Source: Neodothiora populina (lineage: Eukaryota). From it: 64,000 bases of DNA. Below, piece after piece: positions 23,701 to 36,434 of this stretch. The position numbers and the translations under genes are program-made. Numbering within the stretch: position 1 is the stretch's first letter; each line of letters starts with the position of its first letter. The notes under the pieces are model-generated. The model saw nothing but the letters and a program-made list of their open reading frames with translations, searched no databases and was not told the origin of the DNA. Location: contig NW_027191409.1 of assembly GCF_041146345.1 (NCBI RefSeq), positions 496,001 to 560,000 of the forward strand, in the 5' to 3' direction.

Positions 23701-25028
23701 CATATGTGGTCCTCGGTGACGAGTATCAGAAGCGATTGGCAAAGACTCGGATTGTATACGGCAGTCTCAACCCTAGATGGGACGAGACAGTTGACATAAG
23801 CACCCAAGGACCGCTCAACATCATAGCCACGATATGGGACTGGGACGCACTTGGCGACCATGATTGCGTCGGGAGAACTTCACTCAAGCTCGATCCATCA
23901 CATTTCAGTGATTATATGCCCCGAGAGTTCTGGCTGGACTTGGACACTCAGGGCAGACTACTCTTGCGTGTCAGTATGGAGGGGGAGAGAGACGATATTC
24001 AATTCTACTTCGGCAAAGCTTTCAGGACGCTCAAGAGGACGGAGCGTGATATGACCCGCAAGATCACGGACAAGGTACTACATACAAGATCTTCATGCTT
24101 GAACGAGCAAAGCTGACGTTGATTGCAGCTGTCGTCCTATATTCAACAATGTTTATCCCGAAGGGCTTTGCGGAACATGCTCTCCCAGGGCTTATCGATA
24201 TCGTCTGTTCGAGGCTATTTCCAGAAGGCGAGACCGCAATCCGTGGCTCAAGCACCAACGCAAGCCGACGTTGCGAATGCCCTGAAACCTCTATTTACCT
24301 ACTTTGACGATAACTTCGCAATCATGAAGCAAACGCTTACAGAAACAGCCATGGTGATGGTGATGACGCGGCTCTGGAAGGAGACATTGGTCACCATCGA
24401 GTCTCTCCTCGTTCCACCACTTTCAGACAAGCCGTCGCAGCAAAGGCCGTTGACTCAACAGGAGCTCGACATTGTTTTCAAATGGTTGCAACTTCTGTTC
24501 GACTTCTTTCACGCAGTTGATGACGAGTCTGGTGTTGCCAACGGAGTACCTTTGGACATTCTCAAGTCTCCCAAATACCACGATCTACAGAACCTGAACT
24601 TCTTCTATTTCGAGTCAACGGAGAACCTGATCAGGACATCAGAATCCATGGCGAAGGCGACTTTGGCGAGGCAGCAAGCGCAGCAGAATCGTGAGCTTAA
24701 TCGGCTCTCGGCTCCAGCGACTCTCACACAGGGCCACTCGTTCAGTGGGGCAGCCAGTCTTGTGGGTGTACAGAGCACGAGACGCAGCAAGAGCATTATG
24801 CTGAGCCGCAATCTGGGCACGATGAAGAAGGCGAAGGAAGAGAAGAGGAAGGAAGCACAGGCGGAACCCAGCGATGATATCATCCTGAGGATATTGAGGA
24901 TGCGGCCCGAAGCCGAGAGATACCTGCGCGACCGCAGCCGGCAGAAGGAGCGTCTGGCAGCACACGCAGCCGCTGAGCTGATCGTGCGGCAGAGCCTCCT
25001 GGCACAGCGGACGCAGAGGACGAGATAA
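20711..25028 (+). CDS. Munc13-homology (MUN) and C2 domain protein (YOR296W/Git1-like); introns 22687-22737, 22924-22973, 23434-23489, 24075-24128
   Basis: Five exons join in frame at canonical splice sites; C2 domain FTIKIIEAEDLKACDMNGLSDPYVVL...LNPRWDE...IWDWD; MHD-like segments (SAVDMFRSF; LKPLFTYFDDNF). Confidence 0.88.
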
Positions 25029-26406
25029 CAAGCAGGAATTGCGCGTCATGGAACAGCAAAATGACAGAACGACACCAAAGGGTCGACTTACAGGAGGTGT
25101 GAACAAGCGGGCGTTTCAGGCATCTGGTCACCAGGCATGCACGTGAGCAACCTGGTCATTAATGTATATGATTATTGCAGCGAAATCCGATGACGTTTGC
25201 GCAAGAGAATGCAGTGACGACGAACGTGTCGGAATCGACCTGATGAGCCAAGTCGAAGAGCCTCAATCCTTATACAGCGATGCGTGTGTCCAGCTGCGTA
25301 CTCGAATAAGGCACCTTACAGTATATCTATAGAAAGCATGAGGCAAGGCGAGATCACACTAAATCGCTAGTAAGAACGGACGGAAGCCGGAGCAGCCCTG
25401 GAGCGGGGAAGTAAGCGAGCGCTCAGGGTTTCCACTGTGACTTGAGACTGCGCGAATGGCTCGGAACAAGGCGAAGCCGTGGACAGCGTACTGTGGTAGC
25501 ACCAGGAGGGTCTCGGAACTTGGCAAAAGGTCAGACCGCGAAAAGGTGATTGGGCGAGTTTGCGACACACGGGGATAGCCTGAAAGTGCGCGCGCGGCAG
25601 GAGGTGAAGGTTTTGCAGATTCTGGAACATGCCCATTCGCCTGTCGCGGCTTCCGCCTGGGAGTAAACGAAAAGGAAGAGAAAAAAAAAACCCCAGATCA
25701 GTCTAGGAAAAGGAAGTCGCTCACACTCGGTGTCTTGCTACCATTGTCGTAGTCATAATATACCCAGACACTCTATCTTGCTCTTGCGCCTGACTTGTCT
25801 GTCTTGTTTCAATTCCAGAAGAGACAGAAAGACACGAGTCAAAGCTCGCGATACACTGCTCGCTGCTGTGTACCTGTAGACTACTTATACTCTTTCAAAC
25901 CCCAGCATATAGGCGTAGGTGGTCGGTCATCAGCCGCAGTCTCAGGCTATTACAGTAGCCCGCCACCCTTTCCTCCCACTTCCTGTCCCCTCGGAAGTCC
26001 ACCCTTCTCAAACACCGCTCATTCGACAAGGGTCCAACATTCTCTTGCAAAAGTAAAAGTAAAAGTAAAAGTGAAAATATCACATGCAGAAAAAGTGAGC
26101 GCAAACAGAGAATTAATCCCTATCCTCGACCACCATCCAGCCTGCGCCTGCCGTCTAAGTCGGGCTTTTCTGGTCTCTGGCATTGCACTGCACTTGTATC
26201 GTCCCGCACGTCTCACCAGCAGGCCCGGAACTGTTGATACTCATCAGGCACAACTTGGTCCTCTCTTGCCATTAACCGTCCACTCTCTTGCTTTCTTTAC
26301 AAAATTGTTTCATCGTCATCCACGATTTTGTCGGTTGAGTAACGCCTCGTCACGGTCAGCCTTTAGCCATACCACCTCGCCACGCACCAACGCACATCTT
26401 GGCGAC

Positions 26407-27267
26407 ATGAGGCGGAAAACAGCAGTGGCAAGTCTGATCTACGCGCGATTGTTTCCCGACCCCGAACCGGAGGAGCCAACGAGTTTCCAGTCGCATCTGG
26501 CCCGCAATCTGATCCCCGAGGTCCGTGTCGAAGTCGCTACCTTCTACGGCAGTCTCGACAGCATCGAAGCACGCTATCCCGGACTCAACTACTGTCATCC
26601 GCCTCATCGTCTGCGCCTGGGTCGCTTTCCCCATCATGCAAGGCTGTTCCAGGTCATAGAAGAGCTCGGCCTGACACCCACCGAAGTTCACGAACTCGCT
26701 CGCTGGGAGGGCACTCTATGGGCAAGGCAGAGGTTCGAGAGAGACGAGGGCATCAAAGTCAGGGATACAACCGGCGATGGCATCATCCCATGGGTCGACG
26801 CCCGACTGGTGAAGAAGGCTCACGACAAGGGCATCCGCGTCAAGGTCGAGACTGCCGTCCAAGTCTCACAGCAATCCGAGCTCGACGGCCCACACGACTG
26901 TCAGCAATACACTCCGGTCGAGGACTTTATCGATTACGATGACAGCATGGCCGAGGGCGAAGCTGAAGGCGAGGACGAAGTGTCTGCTGCCGAGGTTGAT
27001 ATGCCTGTGCCTGTTCCTGCTGTTGCCGCCGCTACGACTCCGGAAAACCGAGCTACTGCCCAAGATCTTGATAGACGCGTGCTGGCTGCTCTGGCCGCAA
27101 GACAGCAAGGCGTCATCATGGACATCAACCCTGAACTAGAAGCCTATCTCAAGGAGTTGGTCGAGAGTGGTCGCTTCGCCTCCAGGCCAGCGGACGGACC
27201 CGTCTCCCAGGCTGGTCCTGAAGTCGTCGTCGGTGGAGGACCCGCACTTCGCCAGCCCACCGCTTGA
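26407..27267 (+). CDS. Hypothetical protein, structured N-terminal domain and acidic tail
   Basis: MRRKTAVASLIYARLFP...IEARYPGLNY...RWEGTLWARQRFERDEGIKVRDTTGD; strong codon bias begins at this ATG. Confidence 0.82.
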   Translation: MRRKTAVASLIYARLFPDPEPEEPTSFQSHLARNLIPEVRVEVATFYGSLDSIEARYPGLNYCHPPHRLRLGRFPHHARLFQVIEELGLTPTEVHELARWEGTLWARQRFERDEGIKVRDTTGDGIIPWVDARLVKKAHDKGIRVKVETAVQVSQQSELDGPHDCQQYTPVEDFIDYDDSMAEGEAEGEDEVSAAEVDMPVPVPAVAAATTPENRATAQDLDRRVLAALAARQQGVIMDINPELEAYLKELVESGRFASRPADGPVSQAGPEVVVGGGPALRQPTA

Positions 27268-27692
27268 TCCTTTTCTGTCCTTATTCTCATCTCTTTCGGT
27301 TGTTTGCGATATGTATGCAAGCAAGCATTGCCAGATCATCTGGATTTCGTTTATGAAGCCTGGCGTTGGCGGTGGATGGTGCATGGCGTTTCAAGGTAGC
27401 GAATGACCGCACAATTCGGGAACGGCCTTTTTTTCAAATTCAAACGGAGCATCATCTAAAGAAAAAGCTCATCATATGTTTCCTTTGTTCTCAACAAGCG
27501 CAACGGGCCAGGCAGGCGAGAGAGCGAGCGAGCGACCTCTTCCTGGTCGCTACACCAAAATTGCTTATACCCCTTCTTTTTCTTTTCTCTCTTTCGTTTC
27601 AGCATCTGCTGGACATTTCACAGCTACTACTACAAGTCGAAAAACTACATGAATAGAAATGATGAACCTGCTTTTCCCCCCTCTGTCTCTCC

Positions 27693-27722
27693 GCTGCTGC
27701 TGCTGCTGCCGCTGCTGCTGCT
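27693..27722. repeat. (GCT)n microsatellite, about 10 units
   Basis: Direct reading. Confidence 0.9.
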
Positions 27723-30038
27723 AGACTGTGGTCATGTTCTTGATCGGATGAATATATTGATGCACGGTCCCGGTGACAAGACGCACGCGGAGGGCTGGAC
27801 TGAGCATCTTTGACTCGTTCTGCCTATATACGAGGTCACTTGTTATGTTAAGTTATATTTCGCTGCCATTTACAAATGACAAGAGAAGGAGAACAAGAAC
27901 AAGAACAAGAACAAGACAAAAAGCCATGACTAGTGCTCCCCATCTCCCACAAGGTGATTCATCGTCTAACCTTGATACACTATCTCCACGAATAGATTAT
28001 CATCGTCATCATGGAACAAGATCAATATACAATCAGCCAGCCCTGATGCTCATTTCTGCCGCTGCGCCACAAGAGACGATAAGGATGAAGACGGAAAAGA
28101 GAAAGTCGACGAGATGGGACCATCCCTGTTGTTGTGTCGTGAGTACTTTCCCCTTTGGGCCAGACTTCAAACAGCCCTTCCGGTCTGGAAGTGGAGGGAG
28201 ATAGAGAGGGCACGATACTCGTTGACTACCCTAGAGGATCTATTGTGGGATACAGTATTATCTGTCTTACTCATCAATGTATCTACTCATTTACTAAGGT
28301 ACCTTACCTTGGCGAACTAAAGCCGGCAAACATGAGGCGAGGTGAGAGGAGGGGAGAGGGGCGATTGATTTGACTCGATATTGTACTGCCTCTTCGCGAA
28401 GAGTGGAGTACCAACATAATCACTTGTCTAATTCACAGATATGACTTCGCTTTCTATCCCTGCTGTTACACTTGCTCGTTTGTTCCTTAGAATGAATCAA
28501 GGTAGGGCTTGAGTAGTAGGTAAGGTATTACTGCACTAACGCTAGGTGAAGGTGTTGGTGTTGCTGCTACTATTACTGCTTCCTTCCAGTGAGTATTACT
28601 CGTACTTACAACCAATTTTAACGTCAAGATGAGGTCCTCGAAGTCGAGGTGTACGGTACACATCAACGCATTACTCGCAGCCTACTTTTCCGTGGGAAGT
28701 ATAGACTCAAGATGTAGACGTGGATACTGCCTATGCTCAAGGTGGCTTCCGGTTGTGCAATTCTTCGTCTAGAGCTCTAGGAGGTTACTAGTTGATGTAG
28801 ACCAATGCAGATCAGTCGAGCGTCTTGTACTGTATAACGAGTGTATTGATTAATGGTCACAGAGAAGAATCACTATGCCAGTGATCCCATGATGAATAGT
28901 CGATAACTCTCTGTTGCACGATCAATAAGTCCCTGATACAAGGCTGCTGATTTCTCAATCACCAGATAATGAACACTTAGTGAGTAATCAATGAGTAGAG
29001 ATGGGTTTCTTCGTAGCATGCCCAGCATATGCGCAGATATAAACCAGGCGAAAATGCCGAGAACAACTCAACTCACTTGACCATCCTTCTATCCATCCAT
29101 CCATCGTGACAACAACTGCCGAACCCCACGCATGACTTCACCTCACGACAACTCGTGATCCCATCCCCCCCATCATCGCACCCTCCTACACTACGGTAAT
29201 TACACAACCATTACTCGACAGAGACACACACATGCAACGAAGGTCTTTGAGACTTTGTACCATCATCTCCAGAAACTTCCCCATCGGGACTAGCCCCACC
29301 TGCCAACCCGCGCGCGGACCCTTGGATGGAGAAGAAGGGCCCAGAGATCTCCGACCTTCAGTGAGAGAGAGCCTCCACAAAGGAAGGGTGCCAATCGTCC
29401 AAGTATGACAGTCGATAATTATGTGCTTTATCGCAGCTCGCTGGCGTGCCCCCGCGCGCGCCAATCTTTTGGCGCGGCCTTTGTGCCCTGGTTTTACATG
29501 GTCAAGTAGGTGGAATAGCGTGTTCTGCTCATGTGGTTTCGCGGGCTGGATCATCGGTAGGATAATGGTTTTATGTATTATTCTCTGATTTCGCAGCAAT
29601 ACACTACCCTCCATGTTTACCGATTGGGGGCGACGGCCGGAGGGTGGTAGAGATAGTGGTTTTGGTTTTTTTTTGGTTTTCTCCAATTCCGCCGCCGCGC
29701 CACCTTTACTTAGATCACTATCCCTGCTGGTAATTGTTATTTCTACTTCTTGCCTTGTCTTGTTCCCGTAGATTAGGGTCCTTGGGGGTTTCCACACTAC
29801 TGCCTGCTCTGATATACATATATAGTCTGCCTACCTTCCATCATACCTTCGATTAGCAGTTTTTTGTTCTAGCCCTTTTATCCTCGTCCTCCTCCTTTTG
29901 ATCTTTTTGTATATTAAATCTACCTACTCCTCTTAATTCATTACTGGTCAATCTCCTATTGTCGTATTGCCATATAACACTACGACCATACTGCATCGCG
30001 ACAGCGTTAGAGGCAATCTCTCCTCCGCCTGGCTCAGT

Positions 30039-31880
30039 ATGGCAATCACTAAGACGAGGTCGAACGAGAAGAATGCACATTCTACCGAGAACTTCCCGAC
30101 GACCGACGATGTAGCACAGGGCTCGGTCGTGGTGAACGCATCCGGTCACACCCAGGAACTGGAGCGCAACTTCAGTCTGGTGAGCATATGTGCCGTCGGC
30201 ATCGTGACGGGCAACACCTGGGCTGCTCTGGGAGGATCCATAGTCATCGCCCTTTACAATGGTGGTCCGATGGGAGTCATCTTTGAATTGTAAGATGGAA
30301 ACAACCCTTGCTAGAACCTCATTGGCTAACACTGTCGACTCAGCTTGGCGGTAGCCATGTTTTACTGGATGGTGGCTGCTTGTATCGCGGAGCTGGCGAG
30401 CGCGATACCAAGCTCCAGTGGCGTGTATCACTGGGCTTCAGTCACGGCCGGAAAAAAGTATGCAAGAATCGTCGGCTTCTTCGCAGGATGGTGGAACTTT
30501 TTTGCCTGGATCTTCGGTTCTGCCAGTATGAGCTCTATCCTGGCCAATCAGATTCTGGCCATGTGGGGTCTATATCACCCGGACTATGTGGCGGAGCGCT
30601 GGAATGTCTTCATCGTTTACCTGATTCTCACATGGTCCTGTTGCGCATGTGTGCTGTTCGCCAACCGAGCATTGCCCTGGATCAACAACCTCGGTTTATT
30701 CTTCATTCTTGCTGGCTGTCTCGTCAGTGTCCTGGTGTGTGCTATCATGCCCAGCTCGAACGGGTCTGGATATGCCACGAAAGATGCAGTATGGAAAGAT
30801 TGGGATAACCAGACCGGATACACCAGCGATGGTTTCGTCTTCTTGGCGGGCATGCTGAATGGAGCTTACGCCATTGGCACCCCTGACTGCGTGTCTCACC
30901 TTGCGTGAGTATTTGGCGACGCTGGATCGATATACAAGCGCTAATCCGCAGATGACAGAGAAGAGATTCCAAACCCCAAAAGCAACATTCCCAAAGCGAT
31001 CGCTGCTCAGGTCGTGACGGGCTTCTTCACCGGCTTGGTCTACCTCATCGCTCTGTTCTACAGCGTCAACGACATCGATGCTGTGTTCAATGCAACCTTC
31101 ACCAATCCTCTTGCTGAGGTTTATCGTCAAACCACCGGCTCGAACGGCGGTTCCTTGGGACTGCTTATTGTCATCTTTCTTCCCACGATCTGCACTTGCA
31201 TCGGAACCTATATTACCTCTGGACGCATGCTTTGGACTCTTGCACGTGGTACGTTTTTGTCTCATGAGACATCGCTGTGATCATTCACTGACGTCTCTCA
31301 CTTTAGACCGAGCAGCACCCTTCAGCAACACTCTCGGGCAGATCTCGCCTCGTTTCGGCAATCCTTTCGCTGCGACAGTCGTGTGCGGGTGCATCTGCAC
31401 GGTACTCGGACTCATCTACATCGGTTCCGACGTCGCCTTCAACGCATTTGTGGGCAGTTTCGTGGTCCTGTCGACAGCGAGCTACCTTGCCGCTATCCTG
31501 CCACATCTGTTCAACGGCCGTCGAAACATCACACCAGGCCCCTTTTGGATGCCGAATGCGATCGCATATATTGTGACTGCGATCGCATGCGCGTATATGC
31601 TGGCATTCATTGTCATCTTCTGCTTTCCCTACTCGTGAGTTTTTCTTCATCCCAGTGAGCACTTGTGAATTTTGATAGCTGACACATGTCTGCTTCCAGA
31701 TCACCAGTCACCTCGGAGACATATGAGACCGCCATGAACTGGACCTGTGTGGTCACTGGAGGATTGACGATATTCATCGCAGCATTCTATCCTTGGCAGC
31801 GGAAGAATGGGCTCACGAGTCCCGCCGACACGGCGCGGTCCGCGTCCTATGTGGACGCTGTGGCTGTCGATGACATCTAG
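30039..31880 (+). CDS. Amino acid/choline permease (APC superfamily, HNM1/UGA4-like); introns approx. 30290-30343, 30905-30958, 31249-31306, 31635-31699
   Basis: ELERNFSLVSI, IAELASAIPSSSGVYHWAS, GMLNGAYAIGTPDCVSHLAEEIPNP and SGRMLWTLARD motifs. Confidence 0.9.
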
Positions 31881-32229
31881 TCCGTTATATTGCACTTTAG
31901 CATAATGATGTTCTTGCTTTTGGTTCTGTTGTTTTGCAGCTAATGATGCGCACGAGCGAATGGGTTTGTAGAGTACAGCCATATTGTGATGCAATCAAGA
32001 TGTTTTTCATCGATGACACGGGATATTGCCTCTGTCTTTCATATTACCTTGAATTCTGGCTCGTGTCCGTTGCTTGTGACAGACATTGCAATTTTACCAT
32101 GGTGAATCCTGACGATGAAATCTGTATACGAACATCTGATCGGAGTTAAAAGATGACCCAACCAATCCCCGTCTAAAGGGTCCCGCCCACATCAAAAGCC
32201 GCCTAATCGATAAGAGAAAAGTCCCGGAC

Positions 32230-32253
32230 CGGGTAATATGATTGATGGCTAAA
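32230..32253 (+). promoter_or_regulatory. Candidate XlnR/AraR pentose-response sites (CGGGTAAT; GGCTAAA)
   Basis: CGGNTAAW match at 32230-32237 and GGCTAAA at 32247-32253, about 460 nt upstream of xylitol dehydrogenase. Confidence 0.5.
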
Positions 32254-32703
32254 TCGGTTACCAAAATATAACACGACGGCTGATGTATGCGGTTGGAGAA
32301 CTGGTGGATGATACTCTTTTTCCCTCATATGAATAGAAGAGCTGCTCGTTCCTTCTTTCTCGGATGTATAGACAAAGCCGAGGATTGCAGACCTGTCACC
32401 GTGAGTATCGTACTTTATGCAAAAGCAGGAAATATTGGCTGCTGACGAGTGAGCGATGATGTAACAGTTTAGAAGCGCAGGTATCACCTCACACCCTCTG
32501 TTTACCCCTCGCTCACACCAGGCGGTCTCCGCATAAATAAATATCAGTCGATTTACCCACTGTCAGTGCCTCTGGGTTTGTAAGGACAGGTTAGAGGATA
32601 TCCTGCCAGAACTCGATTGAAGACAAAGGACAACTCTCTGACCTTTGCAAAAGCCCATTCTCATACACATACACAAAACTCATATCTCCATCTTCTCGCA
32701 AAC

Positions 32704-33888
32704 ATGTCTGAAGCTCACAAGGTATGTACGGTATACACAGCTCTCCATGCATCTTTTGTGAACCTCGAGTCTACTATTTTTCACGAGAACTTTCCCCTTC
32801 TAAACCTCTTCACCTGCTGAGTCTGGCTTTCCTCTCCACAGAACTCGTCCTTTGTGCTCAGCAAACCCCACAACGTGTACTTTGAAGATCGAGCGATCCC
32901 GGAAATCAAGGATCCCTACAGCGTCAAAGTCAATGTCAAATTCACAGGCATCTGCGGCTCCGACGTGCACTACTGGGAGCATGGATCGATCGGCGACTTC
33001 GTGGTCAAGGCGCCCATGGTGCTGGGCCACGAGTCGTCGGGAGTCATAGAGGAAGTGGGCAGCGGCGTGACCAGCCTCAAAGTAGGCGACAGAGTAGCCA
33101 TGGAGCCCGGCGTGCCGTGTCGTCGCTGCATCCGCTGCAGAGAGGGCAAGTACAATCTCTGTCTCGACATGCGCTTCGCAGCCACGCCTCCCTACGACGG
33201 CACCCTGGCCAAGTACTATGTCCTCCCCGAAGACTTCTGCTACAAGCTCCCCGACAGCGTGCCGCTCGAGCACGGCGCGCTGGTGGAGCCGCTCAGCGTG
33301 GGCGTTCACATCACCAAGCAAGCAGACGTCAAGCCGGGCCAGAGCGTCGTCGTCTTCGGCTGCGGCCCAGTCGGTCTGCTATGCATGGCCGTGTCGCGGG
33401 CATTCGGCGCCAGCAAGGTGGTGGCGGTAGACATCAACGAGGAGCGGCTGAAGTTCGCGCAGGGCTACGCCGCGACCAACATCTTCCGCTCGCAGAGAGA
33501 GACGCCCGAGCAGAGCGCCAAGCGGCTGATCGAGGAGTGCGGGCTGGGCCTCGGAGCCGACGTCGTCATCGACGCCAGCGGCGCAGAGGTCTGCATCCAG
33601 ACGTCGATCCACGTGTGCAGAAACGGAGGCACCTACGTGCAGGGCGGCATGGGCAAGGCCGACATCACTTTCCCCATCATGGCCGCCTGCGCAAAGGAGC
33701 TCACCATCAAGGGAAGCTTCAGATACGGGCCCGGCGACTATCATCTAGCCGTCGACATGATTGCGAACAACAGAGTCAGCGTCAAGGAGCTCATTACGGG
33801 TCAAGTCAAGTTCGGGGATGCAGAGCAGGCGTTCAAGGACGTCAAGGCGGCCAAGGGTATCAAGATCCTCATCGAGGGCCCGCAGTAA
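32704..33888 (+). CDS. xdhA: Xylitol/sorbitol dehydrogenase (D-xylulose reductase, Zn-dependent MDR); intron 32722-32841
   Basis: TGICGSDVHYW, PMVLGHESSG, CRRCIRCREGKYNLC structural Zn site, GCGPVG, KGSFRYG. Confidence 0.9.
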
Positions 33889-34338
33889 ACAAGGTGATTT
33901 TATTCTGTTGTGATGATAGCCGACTGGCGGGTTTTGGCATGCAGCCAGATGGTGGGGTTGGAGAAAGCGGTAGATATCCTAGCTTTACATATGTATAGGA
34001 AAAAGCCACCCCCTTCTTCAGTCTTCAATACTTCTTCGCGGACAGTAAGGTATGGGTACTTTTGACACTCTGCAGAGTATGTACTATTGTTTTATTTCTC
34101 CTCTCTTCATCTTCTTCACCCCGTAGTCCACTTCGTGTGACGCTGCATGTTCTACTCTCGCCGACAGTCACAGATGTGGCGCTGATATGCCCCCCCCCCC
34201 CCTGATCCCTGCCTCCTTTTGCGTCTGGCTACCCTCGCTCCGTGGACATGATGCATGGCTCATCTGGAGCTAGCTCTTTCCTGGGCAAGGGGCATATGTT
34301 GGCATTTGTGTCGAACCGCATGATTCGCCGGGGAAGGA

Positions 34339-35768
34339 TCATCTCGTCAAGTCACCCAACATGAGGGTTCGGTCAGTCGAGGCGGAGAGTACTAGAAATG
34401 CCAGGGTCAGTATTGGATTGATTCCACCCGCCGAGGAGTGATATCCACAGAGGCAGGAGAAGGAGAAGAGGCACTTACTCAGTGGCTGATCGTGCGGCGC
34501 GAAGCGCACATCGTTGACGGCGCCTTTGTGACCAGGCAGCTTCTGCAGCAACTTGGCCGTGTTCGCGTCCCAGATGACCAGACTGCGATCGCCGCTTCCG
34601 GCGGCTATGCGCTTTCCTTGAGTGTCCCAGCTCGCGCGCAACAGGTTCTTCTCCATGCCCGTGGGCGCGCCGTCGAAGGTTCTGATCTGTCGGTCTGTGG
34701 GCGCGAAGGGTCGGATGTCCCATGTTCGCACCGTGCTGTCGTGCGAGTTTGAGAGAAGGGTTTGCGAGTCCGGCGAGACTTGCAGTGAGGTGATGGTGTC
34801 TGTGTGGCCGATCAGGGAGTAGGCGACTGCTTTCTTCCGCAGGTCCCAGACTTTGATGTCGTTGTCGATGCCGCCCGAGTACAGCTCGTTGCCGGCTTCG
34901 GAGAGGGTGACTGCGGTGACGGGGAAGTCGGTTTCGATGTAGTCGACTGCGGCTTTTTGTCGCGGGTCCCAGATCTGCGGGGGTTCTTTCGTTCAGCTCT
35001 ACCGTTTCCTCTTTCTGCTTAGATTCTGCAACGTACGCCGATGTAGCCGTCGTCCGAAGCGCTGAACACAATCTCCTCTCCTCTCTTGCTCACGTCGATG
35101 CAGTTGATGACTTCTTCGTGTCCCGGGTGCTTGCGAATGCGCTGCCCACTCTCGAGGTCCCAGCTTGCAATGTGCATATCGGCAGATGCAGAATAAACCA
35201 CGCGCGAGTCCCGCGACCATTGCAGATCGAGCACGGCGCCTTTGTGTCCGGTCAAGATGCCGTAGTTTTCGCAGTCGCCCGACGTCCGCCACAGTACTAA
35301 GGTGCTGTCAGAAACAAGGGGCTCTCATACACATACACGGAGTGAGTAGCGTACATATGTCGCGATCCATGCTGCCTGAGGCTATGAATCGGCCTGTCGG
35401 ATCGAATCGTGCTGTGAAGACTTCGCCGGAGTGTCCTGCATCGCATCAGCTGGCGCATCCTGCCCGTGGCTGCTCTCTTTCTCTGCTTCCACCTACCAGT
35501 GAGTTCCATGACAGGCGAGGGCAGGGGACTGTTCTGGTAGCTCTGCGGTTGACATGATCGCGATCAGCAATTGTTTCATTCATCTTTCTCGCGCGTCCCA
35601 GGCTCTGTTCCTCGAGCAATTGGCAACGACTGAGGACTGCGCACTCACCCCGTGTATGAGCGCTCCTCCATTCTGTGAAGTACTTGTGAGGGCCATGCTG
35701 TGATCGGACTTTTGTCTCTTGACAATCTGGCCAGACGAGCTGGCTGCGGGTCGCTTTTCTGAAGACAT
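34339..35768 (-). CDS. U5 snRNP 40 kDa WD40 protein (SNRNP40/Spf38-like), five introns
   Basis: PVMELTGHSGEVF, ASGSMDR, LTGHKGAVLDLQWSRDS, MRTWDIRPFAP and EKNLLRASW motifs; canonical introns join the exons. Confidence 0.92.
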
Positions 35769-36434
35769 GATGCAGATAATGGATGGCTTGATTATTGTTT
35801 TGTGTTGGCGGACAAAAGTTCCATGCAATAATCAATCTCGCCGAATCCGATATTACAAAACAAAAAATAGGTATTATTATTATGTCTAGCGAATGCAAGT
35901 CTACAAGGTACAGGTAAGGTAAAGTGATCTACTGATAATAGTAATATTGATTCATAGCACATGTTTGTCTTGTGTTTGTCTCGAGCTCGTGAGGTTCTAC
36001 TGCCCTGTATAAGGCTGTCTCGGGTGTGTATGGCTTCTTACTGTATCAGTGTAGATTTGCACTAATCGTACATTTACACTAACTGTACGCGGGAGTCCGT
36101 AAAGTAAAAGTAAGCTACAGTCACAGCAAGGTAGTTACAGCAGGCAGTCGTAAGGAATCAGAATTAGATTGGCTCTACTGTATGTCGTTTGTGGAGATCC
36201 CACCCCTCCGCTCCCCCCAAATTCACATGCCGTGAACAGTCTATAGTCATCTCTACTGTAATTTGACCTCTTGTCCTGCTGGCTACACCATCCCATTTCA
36301 TTTCATTGCATCTCATTCGCTTCCATCATCCCTCCCTCCACATCCAGTCCAGGCTGTCGATCGCCCACATCCAATACCAGCGTCGACGACAAGCGAATCA
36401 GTCTTGATACGGCCGCTCACATACCCGCGCAGCC

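Noticed and set aside
29186..29797. 203-aa minus-strand ORF
   Set aside because: Non-ATG start, no domain, crosses homopolymer tracts in the permease promoter.
33117..33998. 293-aa Arg-rich overlapping ORF
   Set aside because: Shadow frame produced by high third-position GC in the xylitol dehydrogenase gene.
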